In this document: one piece after another, positions 41,953 through 45,485 of the stretch | How positions within the stretch are numbered: the first letter of the stretch is position 1 | Layout of the letters: every line of letters begins with the position of its first letter | NCBI GenBank assembly: GCA_020348445.1 | Contig: CP070751.1 | Location: 3,546,165 to 3,591,649 of the forward strand | From: Thermoplasmata archaeon | Lineage (GTDB): Archaea; Thermoplasmatota; Thermoplasmata; GCA-020350865 | Direction: 5' to 3' | DNA length: 45,485 bases | The notes under the pieces: generated by a model | Told to the model about the DNA's origin: nothing | The model's database searches: none | Seen by the model: the letters and a program-made list of their open reading frames with translations, nothing else | Translations under genes and position numbers: made by a program

Positions 41953-44900
41953 ATGATAAATAAGATAAAATACAGTATAAAATTTGTTTCCAGTCTTGTG
42001 AATGTTTTATTGATTTTGGGAATATTTATTGTACTATTTCCATTATCTACGCCAGTAGTAAAAGCAGACACGATATGGTATGATAATTGGGATATTTTAT
42101 CCACCCAAGACATTACCCTTGTTGACGATCTTATTATAATTAATGGAAGTTTGAAGATATACGGAGTATTAACATTAGACAATTGCACAATTCAAATGAG
42201 ATATAAATCTCCAGATGATCCTGACGGAGATTTGATACGTGTTTATGGAGCTGGCACCTTCAACCTCATCAACAACTCCCTAATAACCACCTACCCCTCG
42301 GCCGAAGACCACTACGAATTTATAATAGACGGCATGGCCTTGATTGAGAATTCCACAGTTGAAAAGATGAAAGACTTAAATCTTCCTGAGGCAAGTGGAT
42401 GTGCAGACGGAATCCGAATATATTCTGATGATGTAGAAATTAAGAACTCGACTGTACAACTTGGACAAGGTACTGGCGTATATGTTAAGGATGGAACAGT
42501 TACAATAATCAATTCGAACATTATAAGTAATACCCATTATGGTATCTTTCTTTTTTCAGGATCCGCAAATAACTATATAAAAGGCAATAGCATTTCGAAC
42601 AACGGAGTAACTGGCGTCTTTATTGGGGAATCTTCAAGTACACACAATAATATAGAAGAAAACACTATTTTATCAAACACAGGCAATGGTATTGATATCT
42701 ATAAATCGAGTGGGAATAATATAACAGACAACAACATCTCGAATAATGGAGAGCCTGGTATCAAATTGTACAAATCATCATACAATAATATTATAAACAA
42801 TAACATCTTATGGAACAATGGTACCTTTGGTGGTATTTGGTTCAAGGAGGATAATTCTTATAACAATATTATAGGTAATGTAATATCGTCAAACTATGGA
42901 TATGGCATTTACATTAAAGGATCATCAACACACAATACCATTAAAAACAATACAATATCATCAAATAGTTACAACGGCATCTTTATTGGTGGATATCATA
43001 ACGATGTGATAAGTAATACTATTGCTTTAAACAGCCAGTGGGGAGTAGGAGGGCTTATCTATCATGCTGGAATCCATCTTCAATCAACCTCGGTCAATTT
43101 AATCAAAGACAATGATATCTTTTCGAATTATGGAAATGGCATTTTTCTTCAGTCATCATCTATTAATAGCATATGGGGGAATAATATAACATCAAATAGC
43201 GAGAATGGTATCTTTCTCTACTATTCATCAAGCAATACCATAAGAGACAATAATATTTTATCAAACAATAAGAACGGTATGTATCTTGCTTCCTCGTCAA
43301 GTAATTCAATCAAAAACAATAATATATTGCTCAACCAAAATGATGGGATCTATCTTGACTCATCATCAAACAACAATATCACAGGAAACAATGTTTCAAA
43401 TAATTCAGATGGTATTTATCTTGTTTCTTCAGATAAAAACAATTTAATAGGTAATAATGTCACCTTACAAAGGTTCGGTATCCATCTTTATAATTCTACT
43501 GAGACTGACATCATCAACAACATTGTTCTAATAAATAGCAAAGGTGTCTTTCTAGATCATTCCAATGAAAATAATATTAAAAACAATAATGCCTCTTCAA
43601 ATACGAATATTGGTATCGCTTTGACATTTTCTTTTTGGAATAATATAAGTTGCAATGACGTTTCTTTGAATGGAGGACCCGGCATTGAATTAAGGTCTTC
43701 TAATGGAAATAACATTACATACAATAATTGTTCCTTAAACATATGGGGTATCGGTCTATTATTTTCGAATTGGAATAATTTGACGAAAAACAACGCCTTA
43801 TTCAACATCAAGGGTATTGATCTTGATTATTCCAGCTGGAACAAAATCGGCGAGAATAATATACTCAACAACAGCTGGAATGGTGTATCTTTAACCTCTT
43901 CCTCTAATACCAATTTAATTACAAATAATAAGGTTTTAAACAATACATACAACGGAATATATTTGAGTAATTCCAGTAATAATATTGTTTTGGACAATGA
44001 TTTATACAATAATCAAATTGGGCTTAAGGTTTATTATAATTCTGATAACAATGAAATATACCACAACAACCTCAACAATACCAACACCAACGCCTATGAT
44101 TATGGTTCATACAACAATTGGGATAACGGATTAGAGGGCAATTGGTGGAGTGATATGGGTAACTATACTGATACCGATGGTGACGGGATATGTGATAATA
44201 ATTACCCAGGTACTAATTTTATTGATAATAAGCCGTTAGCAAATGAGGACAATGATAGGGTATTGGTTGATGATCCCTGGTTTTGGTTTATTCAGAGCGG
44301 TGTTAATTTTGCAGAGCCAGGTATGACGGTATATGCTACATCAAGCACCTATCTTGAAAATGTAACCATAAATAAGACACTTACAGTTATTGGTGAGGAT
44401 AGGAACTCCACAATAATTGATGCAAGAGGTAATGATACTGTGGTTCTTGTGGATAGTACGTCATATGTAAATGTTAGTGGATTTACAGTGCAAAATGGAA
44501 GCAAAGGATTCAATATTAGTAAATCCCACTATTGCGTATTGGAAAGTAATAAGATTATTGATAATGAATATGGCATATACGTAGGATATCAAATATCTAA
44601 TAACTCTTCAAATAATACCTTTGATCAAAATATTGTTAGAGATAACAATCAAGGCATAGTATTAAACTCATCCAATGATAATACGGTGTCAAATAATACA
44701 ATTGAATTTAATGATTATGAGGGAATCATGATAACGAGTTCTGACCACAATTATATATCCGATAATAACATCTCAAACAACACAAAAGGTATCTACTTAT
44801 TTACTCTTAGTGGAAATGATACCATTATAGAAAACAATAACGTTTTAAGTAACTTTATGGGAGTTGTTTTAGAATATTATACCTCTATTAATGTCCGATA

Positions 44901-45360
44901 CAATAATATATTCTATAATACCCAAGTTGGTATAAGAAACTACTTTTATTCCAACTCTATTATAGGTAATAATACAATTATAGGTAATTTAATGGGTATT
45001 TCAAATAAATATAATTCGAATAGCACTATCGATAATAACACCATTTTTGATGGTAGTTATGGTATAATATGCGAATCTTCTTCCCCTATTATTACTTTCA
45101 ACAATATAACATTTAATCTTTATGGTGGTGTATCTGATACAATTACTGGTCCAGGTCAGCCTGGGGGTCCATCTGATCCTGAGATCCATTGGAATAATAT
45201 ACATGATAACAGAGAATTTAATTTACAAAATAATGATGATGATATCACAATTGATGCAAGATGGAATTACTGGGAACCAACTCCTCCTGCTGGGATAGAT
45301 GGATTAGTAGATTGGGATCCATATGCACTTGACCCATTTGAAGATGCAGGACCTCAGTAA
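41953..45360 (+). CDS. Secreted right-handed parallel beta-helix (NosD/CASH-type) repeat protein
   Basis: Signal peptide; dozens of N.I..N.I..N...GI.L..S repeats; N.WD.G..GN.WSD and IQ.GVN.A.PG.TVY modules; no C-terminal anchor. Confidence 0.85.
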   Translation: MINKIKYSIKFVSSLVNVLLILGIFIVLFPLSTPVVKADTIWYDNWDILSTQDITLVDDLIIINGSLKIYGVLTLDNCTIQMRYKSPDDPDGDLIRVYGAGTFNLINNSLITTYPSAEDHYEFIIDGMALIENSTVEKMKDLNLPEASGCADGIRIYSDDVEIKNSTVQLGQGTGVYVKDGTVTIINSNIISNTHYGIFLFSGSANNYIKGNSISNNGVTGVFIGESSSTHNNIEENTILSNTGNGIDIYKSSGNNITDNNISNNGEPGIKLYKSSYNNIINNNILWNNGTFGGIWFKEDNSYNNIIGNVISSNYGYGIYIKGSSTHNTIKNNTISSNSYNGIFIGGYHNDVISNTIALNSQWGVGGLIYHAGIHLQSTSVNLIKDNDIFSNYGNGIFLQSSSINSIWGNNITSNSENGIFLYYSSSNTIRDNNILSNNKNGMYLASSSSNSIKNNNILLNQNDGIYLDSSSNNNITGNNVSNNSDGIYLVSSDKNNLIGNNVTLQRFGIHLYNSTETDIINNIVLINSKGVFLDHSNENNIKNNNASSNTNIGIALTFSFWNNISCNDVSLNGGPGIELRSSNGNNITYNNCSLNIWGIGLLFSNWNNLTKNNALFNIKGIDLDYSSWNKIGENNILNNSWNGVSLTSSSNTNLITNNKVLNNTYNGIYLSNSSNNIVLDNDLYNNQIGLKVYYNSDNNEIYHNNLNNTNTNAYDYGSYNNWDNGLEGNWWSDMGNYTDTDGDGICDNNYPGTNFIDNKPLANEDNDRVLVDDPWFWFIQSGVNFAEPGMTVYATSSTYLENVTINKTLTVIGEDRNSTIIDARGNDTVVLVDSTSYVNVSGFTVQNGSKGFNISKSHYCVLESNKIIDNEYGIYVGYQISNNSSNNTFDQNIVRDNNQGIVLNSSNDNTVSNNTIEFNDYEGIMITSSDHNYISDNNISNNTKGIYLFTLSGNDTIIENNNVLSNFMGVVLEYYTSINVRYNNIFYNTQVGIRNYFYSNSIIGNNTIIGNLMGISNKYNSNSTIDNNTIFDGSYGIICESSSPIITFNNITFNLYGGVSDTITGPGQPGGPSDPEIHWNNIHDNREFNLQNNDDDITIDARWNYWEPTPPAGIDGLVDWDPYALDPFEDAGPQ

Positions 45361-45485
45361 TTGGCTTAAATGGACCTTCAAAATATTTAATAAATCAATG
45401 GAAAGATAAAAATCTAAGATATCAAATTTAGACTTTAACCCCTAATCTCTACCCACCTTCTTCGAATGAATGTTGCTATCTTACC

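Noticed and set aside
364-45204. The many 60-215 aa antisense or nested ORFs in the track (e.g. 2220..2612, 6805..7191, 22750..23232, 28498..29145, 35656..36210)
   Set aside because: They lie inside longer motif-bearing genes and have the low-complexity composition expected from reading the opposite strand or another frame.

Overview
Archaeal chromosomal window, most likely from an uncultured Thermoplasmatota lineage. This is inferred from BRE/TATA promoters, Dph6, a cdrS-like/ftsZ-like pair, HdrA/MvhD genes, and many PKD/CARDB/thrombospondin-repeat surface proteins with C-terminal anchors and zinc ribbons. In order, the window holds: (i) the right end of a probable IS5/IS903-like element; (ii) surface and membrane genes, including three tandem zinc-ribbon single-pass paralogues, an RND/MMPL transporter and a 1.47 kaa adhesin-like protein; (iii) dph6, cooT-like and radical SAM genes plus an Ig-fused, multi-repeat MscS-like protein; (iv) a ribbon-helix-helix regulator, a hairpin-rich 284 nt spacer and an FtsZ-like GTPase lacking its whole C-terminal globular domain; (v) secreted M6 and caspase-like peptidases; (vi) a five-gene Fe-S/flavin cluster with three different HdrA paralogues, two MvhD modules and an HdrD-like protein, with no HdrBC, hydrogenase or formate dehydrogenase in the window; (vii) an AT-rich block of sialidase-like and beta-helix surface proteins. 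No rRNA, tRNA, CRISPR array or reverse transcriptase was recognised. The best candidates for new biology are the cdrS-like/structured-leader/truncated-FtsZ locus, the asymmetric triple-HdrA cluster, the tandem zinc-ribbon receptor-like family and the Ig-tethered MscS-like channel. All family assignments come from motif recognition by eye; no searches were run.
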